Shown here in pieces: positions 55,627 through 64,000 of a stretch of DNA of 64,000 nucleotides. Source of the DNA: Clostridiales bacterium (GTDB lineage Bacteria; Bacillota; Clostridia; Saccharofermentanales; Saccharofermentanaceae); assembly GCA_017551865.1 (NCBI GenBank), contig JAFZKB010000020.1, positions 86,818 to 150,817 on the forward strand, written 5' to 3'. The number at the start of each line of letters is the position of its first letter. Position 1 is the first letter of the stretch. The position numbers and the translations under genes were made by a program. The notes beneath the pieces were generated by a model that made no database searches, was not told the origin of the DNA, and saw only the letters and a list, made by a program, of their open reading frames with translations.

Positions 55627-55668
55627 CGGCCATTTGTCGAAAAAACAAAGAAAAGTATCGGGAATCGT

Positions 55669-56274
55669 TTACTCTGTCAGCTGATCCTGTAAAAACTCCT
55701 CGATGCCAGAGCGAAGATCATCAAGCCCGATCTTCTTATCGGCAGAAACTGCATAGATATGTGCATCTTCATGGAAATCGAGGACTTTGCTGAACTGCTG
55801 GATCTGTCTGGTGATCTGCGCCCGTGAAAGCTTGTCACACTTAGTAAAAACCACAAAATACGGGATATTCGATTGATTCATGAAATCGAGCATCTTAATA
55901 TCGTCCGAGGACGGGTTATGACGGATGTCCATAAGGTGCAGTACAAGCGAAAACTTCCTTCCCGAGACAAAGTACTGGTCGCAGAGCTTATTAAACTTCT
56001 CTTTTACATCTTTCGGAGCTTTCGCATAGCCATAACCAGGAAGGTCGGCAAAGTAGAGTTTATCGTCGACATTAAAGTAGATGACCAGACGGGTCTTGCC
56101 GGGGGTGGCACTTACACGCGCCAGTTTCCGGTTATCTGCCAGAGCATTGATCAGGGAAGACTTTCCGACATTGGACTTGCCGGAAAAGACGATCTCCGGT
56201 CGGTCCGAAGGCGGACAGGCCTTGATATCAGAGGCTACGCCCCAAAATGTGGTCTTTCGGAATTGGATGCTCAT
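55669..56274 (-). CDS. engB: Ribosome-biogenesis GTPase YsxC/EngB
   Basis: The motifs are GKSNVGKSSLINAL, DLPGYGYA and TKCDK. Confidence 0.9.
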   Translation of the reverse strand: MSIQFRKTTFWGVASDIKACPPSDRPEIVFSGKSNVGKSSLINALADNRKLARVSATPGKTRLVIYFNVDDKLYFADLPGYGYAKAPKDVKEKFNKLCDQYFVSGRKFSLVLHLMDIRHNPSSDDIKMLDFMNQSNIPYFVVFTKCDKLSRAQITRQIQQFSKVLDFHEDAHIYAVSADKKIGLDDLRSGIEEFLQDQLTE

Positions 56275-56486
56275 GACTTCCCTCCAGCGGATTTTTTACC
56301 ATGATACCACATGTTTTGTCCTCTCAAAAAGCAGACCCGATTTCACAAATGTTTTTTATATGCATTTTAACGATAAGCACAAATAAAAATCAAAATAATT
56401 CGCAAAAGTTTACAGTACCCAAAAAAAGGTAATAGCGTTATACTAAATCTGTGGCTTGAAGCTATAACGTTCTACGGAGGGGTGCT

Positions 56487-57728
56487 ATGCCGGAAAACAT
56501 GTCTTCAGTGAATCCCGAAACGAATGCGGATTCCACTGATTCTAAAGACTATCGAGGCTATTTACTTGAGCCATTCGGCCCGATCGGGATAATTTCGCAT
56601 ACCTCAAATGAGGCTTTTGTAAGGCAGGTCAACGACCTTCTTTACGAGAAAAGACTCAAGAGACAGCAGGAAAACTATAGTCCTTATGTAAACAGCACTG
56701 GCTATTTACGTAGGGATTTTACTATTTCGGCGACCATCACCCGTTTTGAGACAGGTGAAGGTAAAGTTACGCTGAACCAGACGGTCCGCGGCCATGACAT
56801 CTTCATTATTTCCGATGTCCTTTCTCACGAAGAGACCTTTACCCTTTCCGGCGTACCGCACTATACGAGCCCGGACGATCACTTCCGCGATCTTCTCCGT
56901 ATCATCATGGCGGTCAGTGGAAAAGCCCGCCGTATCAATGTCATCATGCCCTTCCTGTACGAAGGACGCCAGGATCACAGCATTTCCCGCGAGTCATTAG
57001 ACTGTGCGCAGATGCTGAAGGATCTTTATAATCTCGGTGTGGCCAACCTGATCATTTTCGATCCGCATGATGCACGTATCGTCAATGCGGTACCTCTCAT
57101 GGGCATCGAGATCCCGACTTCTGCCTATAAGATCATCAGCACCCTGATCTCCAAAAATCCGGGGCTTCACATCGATAAAGACAACCTCATGATCATCTCT
57201 CCGGATGAAATGGCCGTTTCCCGCGCGATCTTCTACGCTTCAATGCTGGAGGTTCCGCTGGGACTGTTCTATCGTGACCGTGACTACACAGTGGTCGACG
57301 AAGAAGGAAATCACCCCATTAAGGAATTCCGCTTCTTAGGTGATGATCCCCGAGACAAAGATGTCCTCATCGTAGATGACATGATCAACTCCGGAAAGAC
57401 AATGCTCCGTACCGCGAAGTTCCTGCACAAAAAAGGCGCCAGAAAGATCTTCTGTGCTGCACCTTTCGGACTTTTTACCGAAGGTCTTGAGCCGTTTAAC
57501 GAGGCCAAAGAAAAGAAGATCATCGATCAGGTCTACTGCACGAACCTCACTTATCGTCCGAAGGAGCTTTTCAATACGAAATGGTATGTAGATGTAAACA
57601 TGACACCATACGTGGCACGTCTCATCGATGCCATTAATGTTGATGAGTCCATTGGCAAGCTGATCACTCCGATCGAGAAATTCAATTCCCTTCTCGGTCA
57701 GATACGTATAGAAGAAGTTATGGGTTAA
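56487..57728 (+). CDS. Long-form ribose-phosphate pyrophosphokinase (PRPP synthetase) family protein, paralog 1 (413 aa)
   Basis: The motifs are TRFETGEGKVTLNQTVRGHDIFIISD, RINVIMPFLYEGRQD, FDPHD, ISPDE and LIVDDMINSGKT (PRPP loop). It is about 90-100 aa longer than the canonical Prs. Confidence 0.75.
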   Translation: MPENMSSVNPETNADSTDSKDYRGYLLEPFGPIGIISHTSNEAFVRQVNDLLYEKRLKRQQENYSPYVNSTGYLRRDFTISATITRFETGEGKVTLNQTVRGHDIFIISDVLSHEETFTLSGVPHYTSPDDHFRDLLRIIMAVSGKARRINVIMPFLYEGRQDHSISRESLDCAQMLKDLYNLGVANLIIFDPHDARIVNAVPLMGIEIPTSAYKIISTLISKNPGLHIDKDNLMIISPDEMAVSRAIFYASMLEVPLGLFYRDRDYTVVDEEGNHPIKEFRFLGDDPRDKDVLIVDDMINSGKTMLRTAKFLHKKGARKIFCAAPFGLFTEGLEPFNEAKEKKIIDQVYCTNLTYRPKELFNTKWYVDVNMTPYVARLIDAINVDESIGKLITPIEKFNSLLGQIRIEEVMG

Positions 57729-57754
57729 CTTAGAAAGAAAAGGAAAGAAAGACT

Positions 57755-58984
57755 ATGACACCGATTTTACAAGGCTCAGAAGAAAGTTCTTACTCCCGTT
57801 ATAACCAGTACGGCGCCAACCCGATGGCACCGGTTGGTCCGATTGCTCTTGTACCACTTAAGGGCAGTGTGGAGTTTACAGACAAAGTAAACTGGTACTT
57901 AAGCACAAGAAGATCTGAATACCAGGAGCAGGAATTCGTCAGCAAATATCCGGGCTTCTACCGTACAGATTATCGTATCAAAGTGGAAAACACCCGTTTC
58001 TCTTCCGGCGAAGGTAAAGCCGTGATCCAGAGCTCGGTACGTGGCCATGACCTTTTCATTATCAGCGACGTGACCAATTTCTCCTGCACCTACAAGATGT
58101 TCGGTCAGGAAAACCATATGAGCCCGGACGATCACTATCAGGACTTAAAGCGTGTCATCCTGGCATGCTCCGGTAAAGCCCGCCGTATCAATGTCATCAT
58201 GCCGTTCCTCTACGAAGGCCGTCAGCACAAGAGAAACTCCCGTGAGTCTCTGGACTGCGCGTTTGCTCTCGAAGAGATCTACGGACTGGGCGTAGAGAAC
58301 ATCATCACCTTCGATGCTCATGATGAGCGTGTTGCCAACGCGATACCGACATCCGGCTTTGAAAGCCTTTCCGCTACATATCAGATCATCAAAGAGATGT
58401 ACCGTTCCATTCCGGACCTGCACTTTACCGAAGACCGTTTTATGGTCATCTCCCCGGATGAAGGCGGTATCTCCCGTGCTATGTACTTCGCATCCATCCT
58501 CGGCGTTCCGCTGGGTACATTCTATAAGAGAAGAGACTACACAAGAGTCGTTAACGGCAAGAACCCGATCATCGCCCATGAGTTCCTCGGCGAATCCGTT
58601 GAAGGTCTGGATATCCTCATCGTCGACGACATGATCTCTTCCGGTGACTCCATGCTCGATATCGCACGCGAGATGAAGAAGCGCGGTGCCAGAAACATCT
58701 ACTGTGCAGTTACTTTCGGTCTCTTCACCGAAGGCATCGACAAATTCAACCAGGCTTACGAAGAAGGTCTGATCTCGAAGGTATTTTCTACAAACCTCAT
58801 CTACAGAAGACCGGAACTGCTTGCCGCTCCGTGGTTTGCTGATGTCAACATGAGCAAGTTCGTTGCTCTTCTCATCGATGCGATCAACCACGACTCTTCA
58901 CTTTCGAACCTGATCAAGCCGACCGAAAAGATCAGAAAGCTCCTCGCAAGCAAGGGCGATCTGAAGGATATGAACAACGTCTGA
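57755..58984 (+). CDS. Long-form ribose-phosphate pyrophosphokinase family protein, paralog 2 (409 aa)
   Basis: It has the same architecture: TRFSSGEGKAVIQSSVRGHDLFIISD, RINVIMPFLYEGRQH, FDAHD, YKRRDY and LIVDDMISSGDS. Local nucleotide identity with paralog 1 is high around the RINVIMPFLYEGRQ segment. Confidence 0.75.
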   Translation: MTPILQGSEESSYSRYNQYGANPMAPVGPIALVPLKGSVEFTDKVNWYLSTRRSEYQEQEFVSKYPGFYRTDYRIKVENTRFSSGEGKAVIQSSVRGHDLFIISDVTNFSCTYKMFGQENHMSPDDHYQDLKRVILACSGKARRINVIMPFLYEGRQHKRNSRESLDCAFALEEIYGLGVENIITFDAHDERVANAIPTSGFESLSATYQIIKEMYRSIPDLHFTEDRFMVISPDEGGISRAMYFASILGVPLGTFYKRRDYTRVVNGKNPIIAHEFLGESVEGLDILIVDDMISSGDSMLDIAREMKKRGARNIYCAVTFGLFTEGIDKFNQAYEEGLISKVFSTNLIYRRPELLAAPWFADVNMSKFVALLIDAINHDSSLSNLIKPTEKIRKLLASKGDLKDMNNV

Positions 58985-58993
58985 TAAGTAAGC

Positions 58994-59359
58994 ATGGCCC
59001 AGAAGAAGACGACATCGAATTCCAAGAGTACTTCTACCCGTTCATCCGGATCTTCGAAGAAGACCACGGTTTCTAGCCGTGCGTCTTCCAAAAACCTTCC
59101 GCCGGAGCCGGATAAGGAGCCGATCCTTTCCGTCATCTGGTCATATTCCTGGGGAAAGATCCTCTATCTCATCGTCGGGATCCTGCTTCTTGTCGGCATC
59201 GATCTTCTTTTCTCCATGGATAACTACGACCGTTTCTTCATCATCCTCGGCATTGAGATCATCGCGGCCATGCTCATCGGGTGGCTGGTGTATTTCCTCC
59301 TCGACCGCAAAAAGCAGCGCGAAGCTGTTTTCGGTTCTGATCCTTCCGAAGAGGTCTGA
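58994..59359 (+). CDS. Hypothetical membrane protein with Ser/Thr/Lys-rich N-terminus and two TM helices
   Basis: KKTTSNSKSTSTRSSGSSKKTTVSSRASSK is followed by ILYLIVGILLLVGIDLLF and FFIILGIEIIAAMLIGWLVYFLL. The RBS is weak. Confidence 0.45.
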   Translation: MAQKKTTSNSKSTSTRSSGSSKKTTVSSRASSKNLPPEPDKEPILSVIWSYSWGKILYLIVGILLLVGIDLLFSMDNYDRFFIILGIEIIAAMLIGWLVYFLLDRKKQREAVFGSDPSEEV

Positions 59360-59364
59360 TATCT

Positions 59365-61275
59365 ATGCCTCTGGACGGAATCTCCACACATCTTCTGGCA
59401 CACGAACTCAATAATGAGCTTTCGGGAACAAGGATAGACAAGATCTACCAGCCTTCCCGTTTTGAAGTCTATTTCACTCTTCGCACGAAATCCGGAAACA
59501 GCAAGCTTCTTCTTTGCTGTGATCCACAAAGTCCACGTGTCCAGCTGACATCTTCCATGCGTGAAAACCCGCAGATGCCGCCGAACTTTTGCATGCTGCT
59601 TCGGAAATATCTTCAGGGTGCGCATATTTTAAGCGTCGAATGCCCGAAATATGAGCGAATCATCACCATCACCGTCACTGTCACCGACGAACTTCACGAT
59701 ACTTCGAACAAGCGACTCGTCATCGAGATGATGGGCCGCTACAGTAATATCATCTTCCTGAACGAAGAAGACCGCATCATCGATTCTCTCGTCCATGTAG
59801 ATAACAGTACGAGCCGGGTCCGTGAGATCATGCCGGCCCGTATCTACGAAGCACCGCCGTCTCAGGGAAAGACCCCGCCGGATGAGGCGCTGAATATGGT
59901 AAACCGAGGGGATCTTCCGATTCGTCCTGAATCCATGCAGCGGCCGGTCTCAAAAGCCATCTTGGACTCGATCCTCGGCTTTTCCCCGCTTCTTTCTGAC
60001 GATATCTGCTTTCAGGCGAAGATCGATCCGAGAAAAGGCATCTCTTCTCTTACTGCCGAGGAGTCTTCCGCCCTTCTTACCGTCTGCAGGAAAGTATTAA
60101 CGGATATCTGTGAATATAAGTCCAGCCCGACGGTCTTCTATATCGACGGCGAGCCGAAAGACTGGCATGCCTTAAAACTCCTGGATGCCGGTATAGGCAG
60201 ATCTGTCTCCACCATCTCCGAAGCAATGGATCAGGTAGAGATCTATAAAGACCTTCGTATGCGCTTTGAAGGAAGACGCAGGAATCTTCGTTCGATCCTC
60301 ACAGCAGCCTGTAATCACGCATCGAGGAAGCTCTCGATCCATGAAGAAGACATCCGCGACACAGAAAATGCGGAAGAACTTAAGACCAAAGGCGAACTGG
60401 TACTCGCTTATCAGTATCTCGTAAAGCCTGAAGATTCCTTCATGACGATCCCCGATTATCCGGATTTCGGTCAGGAAACGACGATTGCACTCGAACCCGG
60501 CATGACGCCTTCCGAGCAGGGGCAGCTCTACTTAAAGCGCTATCGGAAAGCAATGAGCCGCAGAGAATCGGCACTTCGTTTCCTGGAATCAGAAAAGGAC
60601 GAGGTCTCTTATTTAAATTCTCTCCTTCAGGCCGTAGATGCCGCCACGGAGCCAGACGATCTTTCCGCCATCGATTATGAGATCAAGACATCTCTGTCTT
60701 CGGAAAAAGAGGAAAAATCCAAAGGAAAAGAGAGCAATCCGGTCTATCACCCCGGAAGATCAAAATCCGGAAAAGCCTCTTCCCGTGCCCTCCGTCAGGC
60801 CGCGAAGATGGCATCAAGCAGAAAGAATAAGAATGCCGCTTCGAAAAAGAACGAAGACCCGTCATCACCCAGAAAGTATTTCGTTGACGGTGGTCTGGAA
60901 GTCCTTTCCGGAAGGAACAATATTCAAAACGACAATCTGACATTCCATGTTGCCGAAAAGACGGATATGTGGTTTCATGCCAAGAAACTTCCGGGAACGC
61001 ACGTTATTCTGAGAACAAATGGAAAAACGCCCTCGGACAAAGCAATCGTAGAGGCTGCAGAGATCGCTGCCTACTACTCCAAAAGCAACAAGGCCTTTTC
61101 GAAGGGAGCATCCGAATCGAAAACAGAGATCGATATCCGTGTCGAGATCGACTACTGCCCCGTAAGCCATGTCAAAAAGATCGCAAAAGCGAAACCCGGT
61201 ATGGTGATCTATGAGGAATATAGTACTCTTCTAGTCAGCGCGAAGCTTCCCAGTTCTCCGGAAAACCGGAAATGA
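59365..61275 (+). CDS. rqcH: NFACT-family ribosome quality control protein RqcH (FbpA-like)
   Basis: It has MPLDGISTHLLAHELNNELSGTRIDKIYQPSRFEVYF (NFACT-N), a coiled-coil middle, and the C-terminal NFACT-R segment MWFHAKKLPGTHVIL. A Lys/Ser-rich insertion lies before the C-terminal domain. Confidence 0.85.
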   Translation: MPLDGISTHLLAHELNNELSGTRIDKIYQPSRFEVYFTLRTKSGNSKLLLCCDPQSPRVQLTSSMRENPQMPPNFCMLLRKYLQGAHILSVECPKYERIITITVTVTDELHDTSNKRLVIEMMGRYSNIIFLNEEDRIIDSLVHVDNSTSRVREIMPARIYEAPPSQGKTPPDEALNMVNRGDLPIRPESMQRPVSKAILDSILGFSPLLSDDICFQAKIDPRKGISSLTAEESSALLTVCRKVLTDICEYKSSPTVFYIDGEPKDWHALKLLDAGIGRSVSTISEAMDQVEIYKDLRMRFEGRRRNLRSILTAACNHASRKLSIHEEDIRDTENAEELKTKGELVLAYQYLVKPEDSFMTIPDYPDFGQETTIALEPGMTPSEQGQLYLKRYRKAMSRRESALRFLESEKDEVSYLNSLLQAVDAATEPDDLSAIDYEIKTSLSSEKEEKSKGKESNPVYHPGRSKSGKASSRALRQAAKMASSRKNKNAASKKNEDPSSPRKYFVDGGLEVLSGRNNIQNDNLTFHVAEKTDMWFHAKKLPGTHVILRTNGKTPSDKAIVEAAEIAAYYSKSNKAFSKGASESKTEIDIRVEIDYCPVSHVKKIAKAKPGMVIYEEYSTLLVSAKLPSSPENRK

Positions 61276-61819
61276 TCTTCTCTTTAAACTCCGAATCATC
61301 TAGAGAATAGATACATCCGCAGAACTTCTGACGGTAAAGGCCATGTTCTCTGGCCATATTCTGTCCTTCGCGGAAATGCGGTCTCCAGTCATAGTAGGAA
61401 AACCGGATATCATATTTCTTCGCGCATTCATTTGCGATCCTGGCGATCATATCATGCTGCTGATAGGGACTTACGAGAAGACTAGTACCAAAAGAATCGT
61501 ACCCGTTTTTACTGGCAAACTTCGCGACATAGTCCATACGAAGGAAATAGCACATCTCGCAGCGGGACGAATATTTCCCTTCCCAGCCTTTTTGAAGCCA
61601 TAGATCCATAAAGAAGTCATCAGAATAAAAGCACTTCAGATCGTAGATCTCCCCGAGTTTAACGATCTGTTCCTTTCTTCTATCAAACTCAAACTTCGGA
61701 TGGATATTCGGATTATAGTAAAGAATATCGGGACGGATCCCCTCGGAAAGAAGATCGGACACAGGATACTCGGCACAGGGCGCACAGCATGCATGAAGAA
61801 GCATCTTCTCCCCGCTCAT
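61235..61819 (-). CDS. queH: Epoxyqueuosine reductase QueH (DUF208)
   Basis: LLHACCAPC, plus CEMCY and FCGC later in the sequence, match the typical QueH Cys pattern. Confidence 0.85.
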   Translation of the reverse strand: MSGEKMLLHACCAPCAEYPVSDLLSEGIRPDILYYNPNIHPKFEFDRRKEQIVKLGEIYDLKCFYSDDFFMDLWLQKGWEGKYSSRCEMCYFLRMDYVAKFASKNGYDSFGTSLLVSPYQQHDMIARIANECAKKYDIRFSYYDWRPHFREGQNMAREHGLYRQKFCGCIYSLDDSEFKEKIISGFPENWEASR

Positions 61820-61820
61820 A

Positions 61821-62939
61821 TCAGAACTCCTCTCTGTTTTCCATCATCTCATCGATGGTCATCTGGGACGAGCCGTTAATATCCTTGGAAGAGATCCCCA
61901 GACCGCTCAGACGCTTATCCATATCCGACGGACAGGTAAGGCCCAGGTGTTTCCAGCCCTGCGGTGCCAGAACACGTCCTCTCGGTGTTTTGGCGATAAA
62001 GCCGCACTGCATAAGGAAGGGCTCATATACATCTTCGATCGTGCCGGCATCTTCACCGGTGCAGGCAGCAAGCGTATCGAGGCCTACAGGTCCACCTAAG
62101 AATTTCTCGGCTATGGTGCTCATGATGCGGCGGTCGGTGGAATCAAGGCCCATGGCGTCGATCGACAGCTGATCGAGACCGAACTCGGCGATCTCTTTAT
62201 TAATGATGCCACTGCCACGGACTTCGGCATAGTCGCGAAGCCGCTTCAAAAGACGGATCGCGATACGCGGGGTACCGCGGGATCTTCTGGCCAGGCAGTT
62301 CAAACCTTCCTCATCGATCCCGATATTCAGAATATCGGCATCACGCTTGAGGATGACCTTTAATTCTTCAGGTTTATAAAGTTCCAGACGATGTACCATA
62401 CCAAAACGGTCACGAAGTGGGGCGGAAAGCATTCCGGCACGGGTCGTGGCACCGATCAGGGTAAATCTCGGAAGATCGAGACGGATGGATCTGGCGGAGG
62501 GACCTTTTCCAATCATAATATCCAGTGCAAAATCCTCCATCGCAGGATAAAGGACTTCTTCAACGTTTCTGTTTAAGCGGTGGATCTCGTCGATAAAGAG
62601 GACTTCCCTCTCCTGCAGGCTCGTAAGAAGCGCCGCCAGATCACCAGCCTTCTCGATAGCAGGACCCGTCGTGATACGGAGGTTCACGCCCATCTCGTTG
62701 GCAATGATGCCGGCCAGCGTCGTCTTACCCAGACCCGGCGGACCATAAAGAAGGCAGTGATCTAAAGCCTCACCTCGACGCATCGCCGCCTCAATGAAGA
62801 TCTTTAGGTTATCGGTCACCTGCTTCTGGCCGGAATAATCCGCCCATGTAAGCGGCCGAAGCCCTTTTTCGTCACGATCTTCGGGAAGTCGTTCCCTCGC
62901 GATCATACGATCATCATGATCAAATTCCGTATAGTCCAT
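61821..62939 (-). CDS. ruvB: Holliday junction branch-migration ATPase RuvB
   Basis: The motifs are [31 protein letters not shown] and [16 protein letters not shown]. It carries a ~35-aa C-terminal tail beyond the usual end. Confidence 0.95.
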   Translation of the reverse strand: MDYTEFDHDDRMIARERLPEDRDEKGLRPLTWADYSGQKQVTDNLKIFIEAAMRRGEALDHCLLYGPPGLGKTTLAGIIANEMGVNLRITTGPAIEKAGDLAALLTSLQEREVLFIDEIHRLNRNVEEVLYPAMEDFALDIMIGKGPSARSIRLDLPRFTLIGATTRAGMLSAPLRDRFGMVHRLELYKPEELKVILKRDADILNIGIDEEGLNCLARRSRGTPRIAIRLLKRLRDYAEVRGSGIINKEIAEFGLDQLSIDAMGLDSTDRRIMSTIAEKFLGGPVGLDTLAACTGEDAGTIEDVYEPFLMQCGFIAKTPRGRVLAPQGWKHLGLTCPSDMDKRLSGLGISSKDINGSSQMTIDEMMENREEF

Positions 62940-62986
62940 ATATAGTCATCTCCCTGATCCCGAAATTCCGGGATCACATCAATTCT

Positions 62987-63595
62987 TTATTTCGCCAGTA
63001 TGCGGAGCGCATTTCGGATCATCCGTTCTACGCTTGCGCCTTCTTCATATACCTTACGGGCTGCTTTATTCGCATCCGCAGCAGGATATCCGAGCACGAC
63101 GAGAGCGGATACGCAGTCCTCCAGTTCAGACATACCCGCTTCCGGAACGATCGATACGACATCGCTTTGCTTCTCGACAGAAGCCATATCAAAACCTTTA
63201 AGTTTATCCTTCAGTTCGAGAACGATCCTCTCCGCAGACTTCTTCCCTAAACCCTTCACCGTACAGAGGGTCTTAATATCGCCGGTGATCACGGCGACGG
63301 CCAGCTCTGAAGGACGAAGCACTTCCACGATCGCGATGGCACTCTTCGGGCCGATCCCGCTGACTGTAAGAAGAAGCTCAAACATATCCTGATCTTCCGG
63401 TTCCGGAAATCCGTAAAGCGCGATGATATCCTCTCTTACATAGTGATACGTATATACACAGGCTTCCTCTCCGATATGGCCGATCCTGCCCTGAAGCATC
63501 AGCGGCATATAGATCTTATAACCGATACCGTTATTCTCAACAACGATATTCTCACCTCTGGCCGAAACGAAAGTCCCTTTAATATATGCGTACAT
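62987..63595 (-). CDS. ruvA: Holliday junction DNA-binding protein RuvA
   Basis: The motifs are MYAYIKGTF, the GVGYKI-like GIGYKIYMP, the HhH motifs VSGIGPKSAIAI and VKGLGKKSAERI. Confidence 0.9.
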   Translation of the reverse strand: MYAYIKGTFVSARGENIVVENNGIGYKIYMPLMLQGRIGHIGEEACVYTYHYVREDIIALYGFPEPEDQDMFELLLTVSGIGPKSAIAIVEVLRPSELAVAVITGDIKTLCTVKGLGKKSAERIVLELKDKLKGFDMASVEKQSDVVSIVPEAGMSELEDCVSALVVLGYPAADANKAARKVYEEGASVERMIRNALRILAK

Positions 63596-64000
63596 TTAGA
63601 TATCCCACTCCTTTTTTCCATATCGGCCGTACTGATAGCCGGCCACCGCGGCAAATGCGGAATTGACTCCTGTATGTGCCTGACAGATTGCAATCGCCAG
63701 GGCGTCAGTCACATCATCCGGCTTCGGCAGTTTCTCAAGATTCAGAAGCATCTTCACCATCTGCGAGACCTGATTCTTATCGGCACGCCCGTATCCTGTG
63801 ACCGCCTGCTTGATCTGCATCGGCGTATATTCGTAAACCGGAACATTGGCCTCGGCCGCGGAAAGTATCTCGACTCCTCTGGCCTGTGCCGTACCGATTG
63901 CAGTAGTCGTATTCTTCTGGAAGAATAGTTCCTCGATCGCCATGACATCCGGATGAAACCTTTCCATCAGAACATCCATTTGCTGATGCAGCGTCAAAAG
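63596..64000 (-). CDS. ruvC: Crossover junction endodeoxyribonuclease RuvC, C-terminal ~134 codons (N-terminus beyond the right edge)
   Basis: [27 protein letters not shown]...[21 protein letters not shown]...[13 protein letters not shown]. The ruvA ATG follows directly after its stop. Confidence 0.85.
   Translation of the reverse strand, partial: LLTLHQQMDVLMERFHPDVMAIEELFFQKNTTTAIGTAQARGVEILSAAEANVPVYEYTPMQIKQAVTGYGRADKNQVSQMVKMLLNLEKLPKPDDVTDALAIAICQAHTGVNSAFAAVAGYQYGRYGKKEWDI

Noticed and set aside
56275-56486. Possible purine or PRPP-responsive riboswitch, or an attenuator, upstream of the first PRPP-synthetase paralog
   Set aside because: The region is AT-rich. The only structure I can see is a 9-bp hairpin (AGCGTTATA / TATAACGTT, about 20-nt loop) just before the SD. 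There are no conserved riboswitch cores recognisable by eye, and I could not define a convincing promoter either.
56920-56980. Nucleotide repeat with 58173..58233
   Set aside because: It is explained by the paralogy of the two PRPP-synthetase-like genes (the RINVIMPFLYEGRQ segment). It is not an independent repeat element, and it is covered in the tandem-paralog finding.
1-64000. CRISPR arrays, rRNA operons, IS elements, prophage or toxin-antitoxin pairs
   Set aside because: I saw no regularly spaced direct repeats, no 16S/23S/5S-like sequence, and no transposase, integrase or phage structural genes in any frame. No intergenic region exceeds about 220 nt.

Overview
This is a 64-kb chromosomal window from an anaerobic Firmicute. 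The gene order looks Clostridia/Lachnospiraceae-like, but that is inference from content and synteny only. I can support about 60 protein genes, 3 tRNAs (Leu-CAG, Thr-CGT, Arg-CCT), and several promoters and terminators. I saw no rRNA, CRISPR array, transposase, integrase or prophage. Most genes are on the minus strand and tightly packed, often with ATGA-type overlaps. Layout: (i) 0-7.7 kb is an arabinose/arabinoxylan locus with araD (truncated), an FGGY kinase, a small Cys-rich protein, a GH51 arabinofuranosidase, a divergent ArsR-like regulator and a carboxylesterase-GH43 fusion. (ii) 8-24.6 kb is housekeeping: ddh, an XPD/DinG-like helicase, recO, a ybeY-era fusion, pgpH, phoH, rluD-like, lspA, ymdB, rny, a flavin reductase, a GNAT-MGMT fusion and an orphan solute-binding lipoprotein. 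(iii) 24.8-31.6 kb is the stand-out. It is a seven-gene plus-strand operon in which nitrogenase-like H, D-like and K-like genes sit inside a FecCD/BtuCD-class ABC importer, together with two copies of a TM1266/NikR-C-like small domain, one free and one fused to the ABC ATPase. It lacks the hallmarks of a true nitrogenase, and I could not match this combination to any characterised nitrogenase-like system. (iv) 31.6-40.4 kb holds NAD salvage (pncB, pncA), an SAH-recycling trio (deaminase, AhcY-type hydrolase, PNP), secA and a yerC-like gene. (v) 40.5-43.2 kb is an orphan trio of TadE/TadG-like membrane proteins with no pilus machinery nearby. (vi) 43.3-64 kb holds an MBL hydrolase, a degenerate MGS-like gene, pbp2-mreD-mreC with no mreB, minCDE or rodA, radC, icd, holA, comEC, engB, two tandem long PRPP-synthetase paralogs, rqcH, queH and ruvBA plus a partial ruvC. 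All family calls rest on motif recognition by eye; no database search was possible.
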